This document shows positions 38,410 to 51,981 of a stretch of 64,000 nt of DNA, one piece after another. The translations under genes and the position numbers were made by a program. The notes under the pieces were generated by a model. The model had not been told where the DNA came from, made no database searches, and was given only the letters and a program-made list of their open reading frames with translations. Position 1 is the first letter of the stretch, and each line of letters begins with the position of its first letter. The stretch is taken from positions 67,456,001-67,520,000 of the forward strand of contig NW_026889803.1 in assembly GCF_033153115.1 (NCBI RefSeq), in the 5' to 3' direction. The stretch comes from Saccostrea echinata. Lineage: Eukaryota.

Positions 38410-41400
38410 TATTATTATTATTTATTATTATTATTAAAATTTGTTAAAGCGCTCAATTTTACATACAATATGCAATCATTGGCGCTGTACATACAATAAA
38501 ATACATACATATAATAAAAAACAATGCATGTGTTAAAATATCAAATAAAGTCTAAATGATCACTGGCTGTTTAAATAAAATATACTAGTGTTCACAATTA
38601 AATGTTATTTAAAAGCACATGTGTAGTAAAACGCCTTGAGATGTCGTTTAAAAATACAGAAATCAGTTAACATTCGAACGTTCGTTGGCAAATCATTCCA
38701 AATCGAAGGTCCAGCTACCGCGAAAGACCTAGAGGCAAAAGTTTTGCGTCTTACGGACGGGGCGTTCAATGTTTTCGCTGCAGGATTTACGGATCGAATG
38801 CTATATGATGATGTTCGTAAACTGAGCATTTCTTTAAGATACTGTGGGCTGTCACTGTCGTTAATGCACTTGAAGACAATGCATGCAAGTTTGAATTTAA
38901 TGCGGTAGTGTACCGGTAGCCAGTGTAGTCGTTTGAGTGCTTCAGTAGAACTATCCGTAGACCTCAGCTTCAACACAAGCTTTGCAGCATGATTTTGCAA
39001 CAACTGTAGTCTTTTAATGGTACACTCTGGCAATCCGTACAGGACACTATTTGCATAATCTAAATGGCTAGTGACAAGGGACTGTACAATTTGTTTACAC
39101 GAATCATCACTAAGATATTGGCGAATTTGTTTAATCAAGTACAAATTCAATGAAATTGTTTTGCATTTTTCACTGACAAATTTTTTGAAAGTTAAATTTT
39201 CGTCCAAATAACATCCAAGATATTTGATACAAGGAGATGAATTAACATCCGCATCCACTACATTAAGGGAAATGGAAGATGATAGAGATAACATCTGTTG
39301 ACTGCCAAATAGTACAAATTCAGTTTTACTAGGGTTAAGTTTTAGTCTATTCAGATTCATCCAGTCATTGATGGTAACCAATACTTTTTCTAAATTTGTT
39401 GTTACACGTTTCTCATCAGCGAAAATCTTCCGATTAAAACTATCGTATGCAGAGTGGTCATCTGCGTAACCCAATAATGACACACCCGAGTCTTTGATGT
39501 AATGTTGTAGCGTACTCGCGTACACGGTATATAACACAGGTCCGCATATACTGCCTTGCGGTACCGAGAAGTCCAGACATCTAGGCTGTGATTTAGACGC
39601 GTTGATATGCACTTCGGCTTTCCTGAACGAAAGATATGATTGAAACCAATAAAGAGCCACTTCAGATACTCCGAAAGTAGTTTCTAACACGTTGCTAAGT
39701 ATGGCATGGTCGACTGTGTCGAATGCAGCAGAGAGATCCAATGCGACTAAGGCAGTAACTTCCTGTTTTTCCATTTTCCACAGAATGTCTGATGACAGTT
39801 TCAGGAGAGCTGTTTTGGTACTGAACCCTCTTCTATATGCACTTTGATAGCTAGGTAGTAATCTGTTTGATTCCAGATATTTCATAAATTGGTTCAGAGC
39901 ACATTTTTCCACAATTTTTGATATAAAACTTAAATTGCTTACAGGACGATAGTTTTTCAAAATCACATCTAACCCACTTTTTTTAAGAGGGGTCGAACTA
40001 TAGCAGTTTTCCATTCATTAGCGAATAAACCAGATGTTAGTGATTTATTAACTATGAAAACAATTGTTGGCAATAACACATCAGAAAATTGTTTGATTAA
40101 TTTTGACGGGATTGGGTCAGTTGGGCAGGTAGTGGGCTTTGAACTTTTAATCACACGTAAAACATCCTCATCTGAAACTGGATCAAAGATATTAAATTCT
40201 TGTGTACATTTAAGTCCGAGGTTTGGGTCAAATTTTTCAAAATCGTCTAAACTTTTGCGAATGACTAAAATTTTATCCATAAAGAAGGAACTGAATTCCT
40301 CCGCCAGTGATGCGTCGCTGGCGTTAAGTGGCATAGGATTGCAGTTTTTTCTGCCAATCAACCCAAATATTAATTTATACATTTTTGAAGAATCATTTCC
40401 ACTTTCGGCTATGTTTGAGTTAATATGCTGATACTTGTTGTATCTGAGATTTTTCCTGTAGGCTCGTTTAGCACATCGGAAGGCGTGGTCATTAACCGGG
40501 GTCTTGTTTCCTCTCCATCTTCGTTCCGCTGACCTGCAACGTGTTTTAAGGAGACGCGATTCTTCTGTAAACCATGGTAGGGAAGGTCGAATAGTCACTA
40601 TTTTCTCTTTTTCCGGAGCGTGTTTGTCTAAAATATTTCTGAGTTCGGAATTGTAAAACTTTGCTGTATCTTCTAAATTTTCATATTTGGTGGCACTTTC
40701 GTTGAATTGGATTAGATCCGCCTGAAATTGCGTTTCATCTATGTCCTTTAGTTTTCTAACTTTTCTGATTTCCCTTGTTACCTTAGGCTTAGGAAGAGAT
40801 ATATATGTATGAATGAAACAGTGGTCACTTATCTGAAATTTTTCGGTCGGTTCGGACAACACTATTTTGTCGTTGTTTCGGATCATGATCAGGTCAAGTA
40901 TGTTTCCAGATCGATGCGTTTGGCAGTTGACAAGTTGCACTAAACCCATGTCATTGCACATTTCATTTAGAGCGATCGTGTCTAAGTCATTAGTTTTATT
41001 ATAATGAATGTTAAAGTCTCCTGTAATTATAACTGTGCGATGGGTTGACAATATTTCTTCAAGAAAGGGTATAAATTCGTCAAAGAATTTCGCCGTAGAC
41101 ACTGGATTGGCTTTCGAGTATGGGGGACGATATACAACCAAAATATGTATAGTCGTGGAATTAAAAGCTAGTTCAAACAAAGAGTGTTCGAATGAATCTT
41201 TTTGACAAGAGTCAGTTACTTTGATTTGAAGTGTGTCTCTAAATAGAATTCCAGTTCCGCCACCAGATCGGGATTTTCGGGGTACATCAATAAAGGTATA
41301 TCCAGTTATATTTAGATCAGATCTCACAATTATGTGTTTCGGATTACTGTCGTTTAACCAAGTTTCAGTAACACAACAAATATCTAGTTTGTTTTCTATA

Positions 41401-42046
41401 ATGTGATGAATGAATTCCTCGACTTTATTACATATTGATTGCGTGTTCACAACCGCGAATGAGAAATTTCTGTCTATTGAGTAATCAATTAGCCTTCTGC
41501 TAAGAGGTCTTAACAAATCTAAATGAACTCCCGTGTTCCAGTCTTTTTGTTTCGGTTTCCTTCGTCTTGATCTGTGACCACGATAGCGCCGTTTAATTCC
41601 AAATAGCTTTATTTTATGCATTACATTTTCATTAAGTCTGACAGACGACATGGTATTGTTATACCTGAGCGACTTTAGCTCGGCAGGGGTGTACACAATA
41701 GGAGTTACGGTCAGCACTTTGCATGATTTCAACTCACCCTAGTTCACCGACAAAAGTTTGAATATAAATCCATAAAATATGCACAAGAATGCTAAAATAT
41801 CCGCAAACGAACAAGTGAATCATGTTCTTGAAGTCTTTACCAACATGCTGATATAAAAATCCACAGAATTGCACGCAGAATAACACAAAAATAATTGATA
41901 ATAGCAGAGAGCAAAAATGTGCGGCCATTCACGCGGCTCACTACTTTCCAAGTATTACATGTTTAATTTGAAGTTTATAAACAGTTGTGAACAAAGAAAT
42001 CCGGAGCGCTATGAATTGCGTCCGGTCTATCGGGTGTACTCTGGTG
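38410..42046 (-). mobile_element. Near-intact L2/CR1-group LINE (APE + RT) with (TAA)n tail
   Basis: APE motifs VTETWL, GDFNIH, SDH. RT motifs LDLSAAFDTVDH, VPQGS, YADD. 3' stem-loop tgtacagcgcc…gagcgct, then (taa)n at 38410-38436. Confidence 0.93.
38605..41732 (-). CDS. LINE endonuclease/reverse transcriptase split by one frameshift at an A7 run (39978-39984)
   Basis: Adding one A joins …VRPLLKK to SGLDVILKNYRPVSNL. Confidence 0.85.
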
Positions 42047-42047
42047 A

Positions 42048-42635
42048 AGTACCACTCTATGATTACATTGTCTGTGTAATTGTACCACTCTATGGCTAAT
42101 ATTTATAGCTGTACTACTCTATGGTTATATTGTCTGTGTAGATGTACCACTCTTGGGTTATATTGTCTTTAAAGCTGTACCACTCTATGGTTATATTGTC
42201 TGTGTAGCTGTGTCACTCTTTGGTTACATTGTCTTTATAGCTATTCGACTCTATGGTTATATTGTCTTTGTAGCTATACCACTCTATGGAGTGTTGACAC
42301 ATATAGACAAAGTTAATAAAAGAAGTGATGTAGATGTATTTAAAAAAGTAAATGTTCACCCAATTTGCCAGACTGACTGGTATACACTCAGCAGCAGACC
42401 ATCAATGTTACTTCATCCGAGTCTGGTAGTATAAATGAAGACCCCAAATCTACAGGAGTTGCAACAACGTGCTAATGACTAATTATGTTTAACTAAGGAC
42501 TTGTCTTTTTTGCACTGAAAGACGTAAACTTAAATCTGCTAATTACTTCCTACTGATTTTACTAGGTTGTCCAAACTTTGAAAAAAGTAGCTGGATTTTT
42601 AAAAGAAAGCTTACCCTAAATTGCTGGTATTTCCC
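42048..42635 (+). pseudogene. Remnant second copy of the IFI44-like gene 3' end (acceptor minisatellite + exon-4 start + 3' flank)
   Basis: 33-bp units, then AIPLYGVLTHIDKVNKRSD, then a jump to sequence matching ~28670-28975. Confidence 0.85.
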
Positions 42636-44072
42636 TTAAAAAACCTTTTTACCCCCTTTTTTCTTTAAAATATAAGAGTTTTATAGTATCCATGATGTGT
42701 TTCCAACATAAATAATATAAACATACCTTTTCAATACTGCTCTGTTTTCTATGTGGTAGAAAGGGTGCAGTATACTAGTATTATCATTTATTTACTATTT
42801 ATTTATTGACTATATTTGCATTTGTTTTCTAATCATCACACATTAGTAATTTTTAAAGAAAACTACGTATCCGAATGAAGGGCTAGGATTAATCTAAACC
42901 CCTTACACTTACTGACCGCATGGGGGTACCAAAGTCATACATAAAAATATAAAGGAAAAATCTTGAGAAATTTTCTTAAGAACTACAAGGTACAAATTGC
43001 TTAAATTATAGGTATGCTTCTTCTGCTTCCTCACACAGTGTAGAATCAGATTCGCTGAAACCAGGGTCCAGAGGCAGGGATGAGGCTATATAGTGGAATT
43101 TTTTTCACATTGAAATTTACAAAAGAAAACAAACAACATCATTCAAGGACTACGAAGCTGCAATTCTTTGAATTTAATTGCAAGCATGCTTTATGTTTTA
43201 TGTACAGTCAAGAAAGTTTGATATATCCCTCAGGGGGTAGAGATGTGACCACAAAGGTGATCTACCTTTAACTAATGTATATAGGAAAAATCTTTTTAAT
43301 TTTTTTTTCCAAAAAAAATATATAGGGATTTAAATTCATATCCAGTCATCAATGTAGATTCAAGTCAGGAAATTGGGGGTGGGGTGGGGGTTGTCATATA
43401 TTAAATATTAATTTTGAAGGAATTTTTAAAGAAAAAAAATCTTCAGGCCAAGGTTTCAAGTTGTTAGATTAGCCTATTTTACTATTATTACCAAATATCC
43501 TCATGTAGTGTCTAAATCATTGCCTTCTTAGCAAGCTAGGGCTCTCAATTTTGACAAAGGAGTAAAGAACACGCACGCACACACATACATCAGGACACTT
43601 AGATGTCCATTAAGATGTCCATTAAGGAGCATGAACCTCTTGTTGAGTATTCAAGGATGACAGTAAAAAAAAATTACAAGGATAAGTCATAATTTTCAGA
43701 ATTTTCACCTTTAACGATTTTCCCCTTGACTTTACTTATTACTCTGATGTAAAAACTAAAATTGAAACTTAAAATTTAATTCATCTGAAACACCTTTAAA
43801 TATCAATAATTGCATTTTGTTTGTATGGATGCTAAAACATCATTATATTATTTTCATAAAGATTAAGTGTACATGCATTATTTTATTATTCACAAGCAGA
43901 TTTTTAGAGACACTGAAATCAAAGTCAAAATAATTATTCATTTTGTTTTCCAAATTATAAATACATAATTCATTACAACGTCTAAAGATTAACGCAAAGG
44001 TTAAAAACTATCGATTTTACATCTGATAGATCACGTAACGTTGCTGCATATTTCATTGACCATTCCCATACT

Positions 44073-46271
44073 TCAGCCGATGATGGCTCCAACAGTCTCG
44101 TACGTTGTTGTTTGATGGACAGTATCTTAGAAGACATAAGTAATAAGATAAAATCTTTATTATCACTATAGTATTAAATATCAAGAATTATTGAACAAAA
44201 ATATACTCCATTATCTTTGACATTTTTTCAATATTAATATATAGAAAATATTACCGGAAATAAAATGTTCATAGGTTCTTTTACCATATTGGCAGATGAA
44301 AGAGTAATGATAGAATATACTGCTACAATCATAATCATGCCATCTAAATCCGCTGTCTACTCTCATAAGAGCACAGTCTTCTAGCGATCCACTAGCAAGG
44401 AAAAACCCACTTTGAGATGGCCCCTGTCCGTGCTCCCAATTACTGTAACTCATATTAGAATCACCTGTCAGAAAATTGTTCATAGATTTAAAGAAATATG
44501 TACATGAAAACTTAGTCTCTAGCATGGTGGTAATGGTTGATTAAACATCTTCCATTTCGAGTCTTCACTGGCAAATTGTATATTTATTTGAAGACTTAAG
44601 TTCCAAGATTATACTTTATAGCTGTGACATAATACAAACAGCAAACTGAATCTTTCTTTTCATAATTACCTAACTTACTAATATGAATTGTAAACTGCTT
44701 CCTGATTATAAAATTGTTCTTGCATATCGTTAAACAGATGAGAGGAACCGTATCCCGTCAGCTCTTTTAAATGAAATATATGGAGATAACAAACAGTATT
44801 CAAGCTCAAAAGTCCATAAAACATTACAAAATAGGTGCAGAGTAAACATGGACCTCCAAAACATCAGAGGTGGGATCAGGTGTCATGGAGTAGTGAGCAT
44901 CCCCTGCCGACCGGTCACACCCGCCGTGTGCTACTTGTCATGATCGGGAAATGACGGAAAAATCCATCGACAATTCAGTGTGTAAATAATGGTCTAACAA
45001 TAAGTATGAAAAACGTCAGTCAGCATTTGACTCAATGATAAATTGAATTTGCTGACAAGGTCATTGTATCGACCATAGAACTTACGAAATGATGACTTTA
45101 AACGAGACTGCTGATATTCTTATTTCATCAACTTGTTTGTCAATAATTTACCTCGTTTTAGAAATTGTACGTACGTAGAGGATGCTCTTGCGTATCGAAT
45201 CAGCTGAGAGATATAAACCCCGTATGCAGGTAATGAAGGTATATTGCTGCATAAGTAAGGGAAGTTGACGATTGAAAAGTTAAAGTCATCACGTTTATCA
45301 TAAAGCTTAGTTGTTAGATTACCATTAACGTGAAAATAGTAACCGTGATGTTCAAGCGTTTGCGTCATCATGACATCGCCTTATACTACTTACATGCATC
45401 ACTATAAATGATAGTTACCCCATTTATTGTTACCATATTATGTGGTGTGGTGGTTATTTATTTTAATTTGATAACTTTGTTTCGGTCTTTGGCCTCAGGC
45501 AACATTTTCGGCCTAAGTCCTCCCCACTTCCTCTGTATAAGAGTATGATTTTTTCCTTGTAGTCATGAAAAAGGTGTAAACTGTGTATGCTATAAAAAAT
45601 TCACTGACTTGAGACTCACTTTTAATAGGACTTAGAGTCATAAAAATATCATAGGTAAATGTTATTTCATGTATATTTATTCAATGTTCACATCCTTACT
45701 GTATTCAAGAACAAACACGTAAAGCTCACTTGAGACCCATTTCCAATGTGATTCTGAGTCCCTATCGGTTGCCCCAATCCAAAACCCGTCTTCCTCTGAC
45801 CTTTGATGTGAAAGAACTCTTTGGAGAAAATGCTGCATCCCAGATTCCCGAATCTCAACCAAGTCTCCACCCTCTTGACGACACTTGTGTCTTGCGTCAT
45901 CCCAATCGTAGTTCCCATAATGCACCTTCAGGCAGGAATCCCCGTATGTGTACAAGTCGCTTTTACTCACATGTGGCGGACAGTTGTCAATTGGGGAACT
46001 ATGAACTTTAAAAAGTAGATTCTTAATACTTAATCATTTGACACTATTAAGACGTCAATTACCGCTGTTCTGGCGTAGAGCGAGATAGCTCCCCTTAATT
46101 TCCACGTATTTAAAAGAAGATTCTTTTTTTCTTTTTTTTTTAAGTGATATTGATGCATGCATGTTGCTAATTTAACAGATTTTCCCCCCAAAGTTCACAG
46201 CTGGTTAATGTAGAACAATGCTTACCAAAGTGATTCAGAAAAATAAAGAAACTTGTGTAAAATAAATCCAT
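44073..46271 (-). CDS. C-type lectin 3, secreted, 184 aa. Exons 46226-46271, 45730-46005, 44285-44464, 44073-44125
   Basis: Signal exon MDLFYTSFFIFLNHF. CTLD with FWIGA, EDCALM, WHD, ICQY. All introns phase 1. Ends GAIIG*. Confidence 0.88.
44770..45330 (-). mobile_element. Penelope-like 3' fragment in a lectin-3 intron
   Basis: TKLYDKRDDFNFSIVNFPYLCSNIP…ISQLIRYARA. Confidence 0.9.
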
Positions 46272-46900
46272 ATCTGACACGTACAGTCATTAACTGTTTA
46301 TATATGAGACTCTGCTCTACGCTTTGTTCATTTTTTTGTCAGCTGGAGTTATTCACAACGAAATTACTACTATGTACGCTATATCTGCACTATAGGAACT
46401 ATTGCAATGCATGGCATCAGGGAGATAAACAACACAATGCACAAGTCGTCCATTTATGATATTTATTTACAACAAATTACGCTAAAGACAATGTTTTTTT
46501 TATAAGTTATAAGCTAATGATGACATTTTTATAGGAATAAAACGAGTTGATATTCAATTCAAACATTTTTACAATTTTTAACAAAAGTATTTCAGAACGT
46601 TCATTATCATATGGGCTATTTATAGTCAACTTAATAATGAATCTTTCATACCTGTGAAATACAGATGGTTTGTAAATATAATTTCTATATATTCACTGGT
46701 TTTCTAACGGAATTTAGTTGATGCAAATTTTGTCTTTATGCAGCCATGCCTTATTTTAATTTAATACTGGATTATACGTATTATATAACATTTATGGAAT
46801 TCGAAGGTGAACATGGTTTGCTTCCTGTCAGTCAATATCGATATTTTTTAGTAAATATAAAAACCAAAACCAAAAAAAAAAAAAAACTACCTAAAACTAT

Positions 46901-47312
46901 CCCAAGAAAAATTTACTATAGTAAACTAAAATTTTAGTTAAATATAGTGAATACTTTGATACTTTGATTTACTATGAAACTTTACTGTTAAAGTTTTTTT
47001 TGAGATTTTAAAATCTCTTAAATCCAATGCCAATGACTTAAAATTTGTAAATAATATGTTAATATACAGAAAAATATTTCCATTTAATATAAAAATATGC
47101 ATGTATGAATTTTAGAACATAAAATATAACAATCTGAAATCCATAGTAAAAATACTTGGATTCACTATAGTGAAAACTTTGATTTAATATAGTAAAAACT
47201 TTGATTTACTATAGAGAAAGCTTTGATTTACTATATCAAAACTTTGATTTACTATAGTGAAAACTTTGATACTACAGTAAACTATAGTACACTATTGTAT
47301 ATTTTTGTAAGG
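46901..47312. repeat. TIR-bounded element with 22-bp repeats (aaaactttgatttactatagt); related copy at 50720-51376
   Basis: Ends cccaagaaaaa / tttttgtaagga. Tandem units at 47147-47290. Confidence 0.6.
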
Positions 47313-48138
47313 ATAAAATCACTAGATTCAATATTTTCATAGATTAATCAATAGCCAGGATATATTTTCAAAATGCCTCTATGAGAAGTTCTAGTCAGGA
47401 ATCTAGCATAAAAAGTTTATGAAGCAAAATATCAAAATAGGAAATCATATTTACTAAAAATATTGTTGCACTCTGCTTCCGGGGTATCGATAAAGAATTT
47501 TTGCAAGTATTTAACTATACGATAGAAGTTACAAATATGGCTCATGTTCGTTAACAAAAAGAGTTTTCTGCGAAAAATTTTACCAATCTATTGCATGTAT
47601 ATCAAGATATTATACAATACAAAAGCATGTTAGTCAACAAAAATTTATTATCACGAAACCTTGAATGACCACAGTTGACACCCGACAGCGAATACCTGAA
47701 ACTTGCTGAACAATCAATCCTCTGTGTCGAATGAAACCTGTTAAAAATTCTATTTAATCAAGCAACCTACATCTGTAAATCCTGTTCATGTTCACTTTTT
47801 TTCGTCATTTGTAGCTAGTGTTAACAAGATCGCCACCCTGTGTTATACCCTTTCGACATGAAGTTTTCTTTTTTCTTTTTTTAAATAAAAGCATCATTAT
47901 AGCGTCGGCGGAAAAAAAAACCCCAAACAAACGAACAAACAAAAAACAACAACAACAACAACAAAAAACATCTTTGTGAACAGTATTTTCTCGTTATAGA
48001 ATTCATCCAAGAAATTATGGAACATACGGATATCACTTCCAATTATTAGTTCCCGCTTTTTAAATTCCGTAAAATTTTAGTTGAAAATTAGAAATCTTTT
48101 AATCATGTTTAAAAATTTACACCATACTAAGCATTAAT

Positions 48139-49416
48139 TCAGAAAATGTTCAATGTTAATAAAGTTAGGACTAAGAGTGACATTAAAACTCTGGGTCCGC
48201 TGTATACTCTTTCTCCAGAATTTCCCATCTCTAAAATGCAAGAAAATAATACTTTGAATATACCTACTGGTTAAGTTTAATGTATGAATTTAGAATAAAG
48301 AACCAGTAAAAAAAATATTTTGATGAAAACAATTATAACTACCTTGTTTACTCACCATATTGACAAATGTAGGAGTATTTGAAGAACTTGTTCTTACAGG
48401 GGACATCGTACCATTTGAACCCGTAGTCGACACGCATCAGTGCGCAGTCATCCAGGTCCAAGTCCGGGATATGTGACCCAGCTCTTGTTCCCTGTCCGTC
48501 CTGCCAGTTGGAGTATCCCATAGTTTTATCACCTTTTCACAAAAGAGAAGTATTAAAATTTAAACTTGGATTGATTTGAAACATCTTGCCTTATGATTTG
48601 ATATTGGGACTTTTAAAAGCAACAAAGAGCTTCAGAAAAATTCAAACACCAAATTCATAATTGATGCCTCATGAATCTTAAAAAAATTCCCAAATTGTTT
48701 AACATTACTTCATTGAAAAGATAGGGAAATGGACAGTCTTAACCGGAGACCCACTCCCAAGGTGATATCATCTTGTCAGTAAAGAGAGGTACTTGTTTTA
48801 TTTTTAACTCCTGATTTGATGGAACCATTTTTACCCTCTGATTTATGTGTGCACATTACAGATAGCGATCGAGATCAATAACAAATTAATTTTAAAATTC
48901 TTTATCATAAATCTTGTAAAATCAAATATTCTAAGGATTACTTCAGTGAAAGAAAAGTCTTTACCGGAGATCCATTCCCACTGTGATTCATTATCCTTAT
49001 CAGAAGCTCCAATCCAGAATCCAGTTTTCTCCCCACTCTGTGACGCCAGGTAATGTTCTAGGAACTGTTGTAGACCCCTCGTCCTGATCTGGATTAGATC
49101 TCCGCCATCACTGAGACAGGAATTCCGGGCTTCTCCCCAATAAGTGTGATTAAAATTAAACTGGAGACACGTGTCGCCATAGGTAGTCAGAGGGAACTGA
49201 GAAGCAGGACAGCCCGCAGAGGATTCTTTATAAACCGTAGAACCTGTAGTTACAGGTAGATTAGAAATAACTTTTTTCCCTATTCAATTCTATTTCAGTT
49301 GTATCTTTGTATGAAAGGTACTCTTTTACATTTAACCTGTGATAGACTGATAGTAATCATTTACCTGGTACAGAATTTAATATTAGGCAAATCAGCATGA
49401 AGTGGATGGAGCTCAT
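48139..49416 (-). CDS. C-type lectin 2, predicted GPI-anchored, 199 aa. Exons 49365-49416, 48965-49243, 48356-48532, 48139-48230
   Basis: Signal MSSIHFMLICLILNSVPG. CTLD with FWIGA, DDCALM, WYD. Last exon EMGNSGERVYSGPRVLMSLLVLTLLTLNIF*. Mostly missed by the ORF track. Confidence 0.85.
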
Positions 49417-49979
49417 TTCGTCAAAAATCCCAAAACAAAATCTCTAGCTAAATACAGGTCATATATTAATAGATGGATTCATCAAAATACTATGTATATA
49501 TTGAGGATTGAGTATATATGTATTTTACAATCTATGATAACCCTGTATATGTTAAACTTCCGTGTTTCTACAATAGAAAGTTTATTTACCAATAAATGTT
49601 TGATAAGATTATGTATCAATATACTCAGTGAAAATAAAAGTACTGTAGGGCTGACCTTTCTTTATCTTGAATTTTACAGCAATATGATGTGATAACAAAT
49701 TTGTTTGCTTGCAATGATAATCCTAATATTTGAAACAATATGTTCCTGCTTGAATATCTCGAATTGTATTGCGTTATAAATACCTTATTATATTATATAC
49801 CCTATTTATAGTCACTACGTAAGTTATACAAAACAAAAATGGTTTAAAAATCTCGATATTGACAAGTTTCGAAGCTGTTTTCTCCAGATGAGCAACGTCG
49901 TTCAGCTGTGTTTGTGGCACCTCAAAGAAGGCCTTAAATGACGTTGCAAACAAAGCTGTCACGGTTGGAAAAATCCGTT

Positions 49980-50212
49980 TGAAATGTAGAGATAATGAAC
50001 AGCAATCATGCTGAAAATTCCAATTAGACACTTCTAATTGTGAGCAGAACAAACACGGATCTCTTAAAGCATCAGAAGTGGGATCAGGTTCCACGGAGGA
50101 GTAAGCATCCCCTGTCGACCGGTAACACCAACGTGTGCTCCTTGTCATGATCGGGAAATAACGGAAAAATCCGTCGACAATTCAGTGTGAAAATAATGGC
50201 CTAAAAATTTGT
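49980..50212 (-). mobile_element. Penelope-like 3' fragment
   Basis: Family 3' motif. Confidence 0.75.
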
Positions 50213-51379
50213 AAGAGAGACTAAGTCAATATTTATAAGAAGTATTTGAAGAATACAAAGATAGGTCCCAGGATTATAAAACAGACGTAGACTCAAGTCC
50301 CATTTTTAATCACCTGTAAAATGCTTTTCAATTATTTAATTAATCTTTGAATTTGCAGATAAACTTTTTAAAGCAATATTGAAAAAATATTTTAATTTTG
50401 GTTTGCTTGACTTCCACAACATCTAAGTAAAACATAAAGGTTTTGCCTGAAGCTTAAGATTTTTAATGATTCTAGCGCCTTGTCTGCCAATAATGGGGCA
50501 CAGTTAATATCCATGTGAATTCCTACAGATTATTGGAAAACCTGGTCTCAAGAAAACATAGATATTGATGATGAGGAACTCTTGTATTACGTGCGAATCA
50601 ATCAATCAATTGGGTATCATTTCTTGTTTTATTTTTGACTTCGATTGGTCTCAGCCAAGGCTCGAACCTGCGATCTTCCGACTACGGAGTAAACACTCTA
50701 CCGACTGAGCTATCGTGCCAATACACTATGGCACTATAGTTATAACTAAGAAAACTTTGATTAACTGTAGTGATCACTTTGACACTATAGTCATAACTAT
50801 GAACACTTTAAAATACTTTATTGACCACTATGAAAACTATGGTTATCAATGTAATATACTTTGTATCATTGTTTATAGATGATAACTCTATACATCTTGT
50901 TTGATGTACTTAATGCTATTAATACAATGTGATTTACTACTATAAAATAGACCAGGTAAAATGAAAGATATTCATTTTAGAAATGTTTAGCCAAGAGCAT
51001 TCATTGGAAAACATGAGGTTTCAAAAGGAATCACTAAAAATAAAATTTAAAATAAACTGTCCTGAAGGCAACGTGCATGGAATTATTTGAACAGATAACT
51101 TTGGTAAAATGAGAAAATCTGTAAAACTGGATATTATCTATGTTGTGCAATTAATGTGAAATTAATTGAGACTTATATCACATAACATTATATATACAAA
51201 TGTGATAAATTGTTAACTTTGATTTACCATATTGGTCACTAAGATACTTTCATTTACTATAGTGATAGCTATGATTTAGTATAGAGATCACTTTGAAAAC
51301 TTTGATTTACTATACTGATATTTTAAAACTTTGATTTCCTATAGTTAACAATAGTTGGCTGTAGTATTTTTGTTAGTAA

Positions 51380-51750
51380 TGAATTTGAAATAAAAGACAT
51401 CACATTGTCTGCCATATCCCTTTTATATTTGGATATTAAATTGACTACAAATATTAATGGCAAATTGACAAATAATCTTTATGTCAAACGAGATGACTTC
51501 CATTTTCTTTCGTCATCTTCCCCTGGTTATGTAGTAATATCGAAACATATCCTGCATATAATGTTATTATCTCGTTACTCATTCGGTATGCAAGAACATA
51601 ATCTAAGTACGATCATTTTTTAACCTAGACAGGCTACTGACAAATGAGTTGGTGTAATAGGGATTTGAACAATCTTTTACAAAGTCAGCATTTCGCAAAT
51701 TCTATGGTTGTTAATATGACCTTCTTTGCAAATACAATCGTTCGTTGGGT
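51380..51750 (+). mobile_element. Degraded Penelope-like RT fragment
   Basis: LYLDIKL…NGKLTNNLYVKRDDF; ttcgcaaattctatgg. Confidence 0.7.
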
Positions 51751-51981
51751 TTGTGTGGTTAAAGCACCAATAATACATTTTTTAAAAGGCTAGATTTGTT
51801 TGCTATTTCAATATTTTTGCTGACAATTTCCCTTCAAGTAAGCAATAAAAAAGAGAAAACTATTCACTTTTTATTTCAATTGAATAGTTGTATATTGAGT
51901 ATTATTTACAAAGGAAATGAATGTTATAAAAATAGTAACAAGAAAACAAATGTTTAATCTTCTAAAATGTTTTTGATCTCT

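Noticed and set aside
47632-47747. Alternative last exon for lectin 2 (GFIRHRGL…)
   Set aside because: The nearer exon 48139-48230 has a stronger acceptor and a coherent GPI-type signal; no support beyond an AG.
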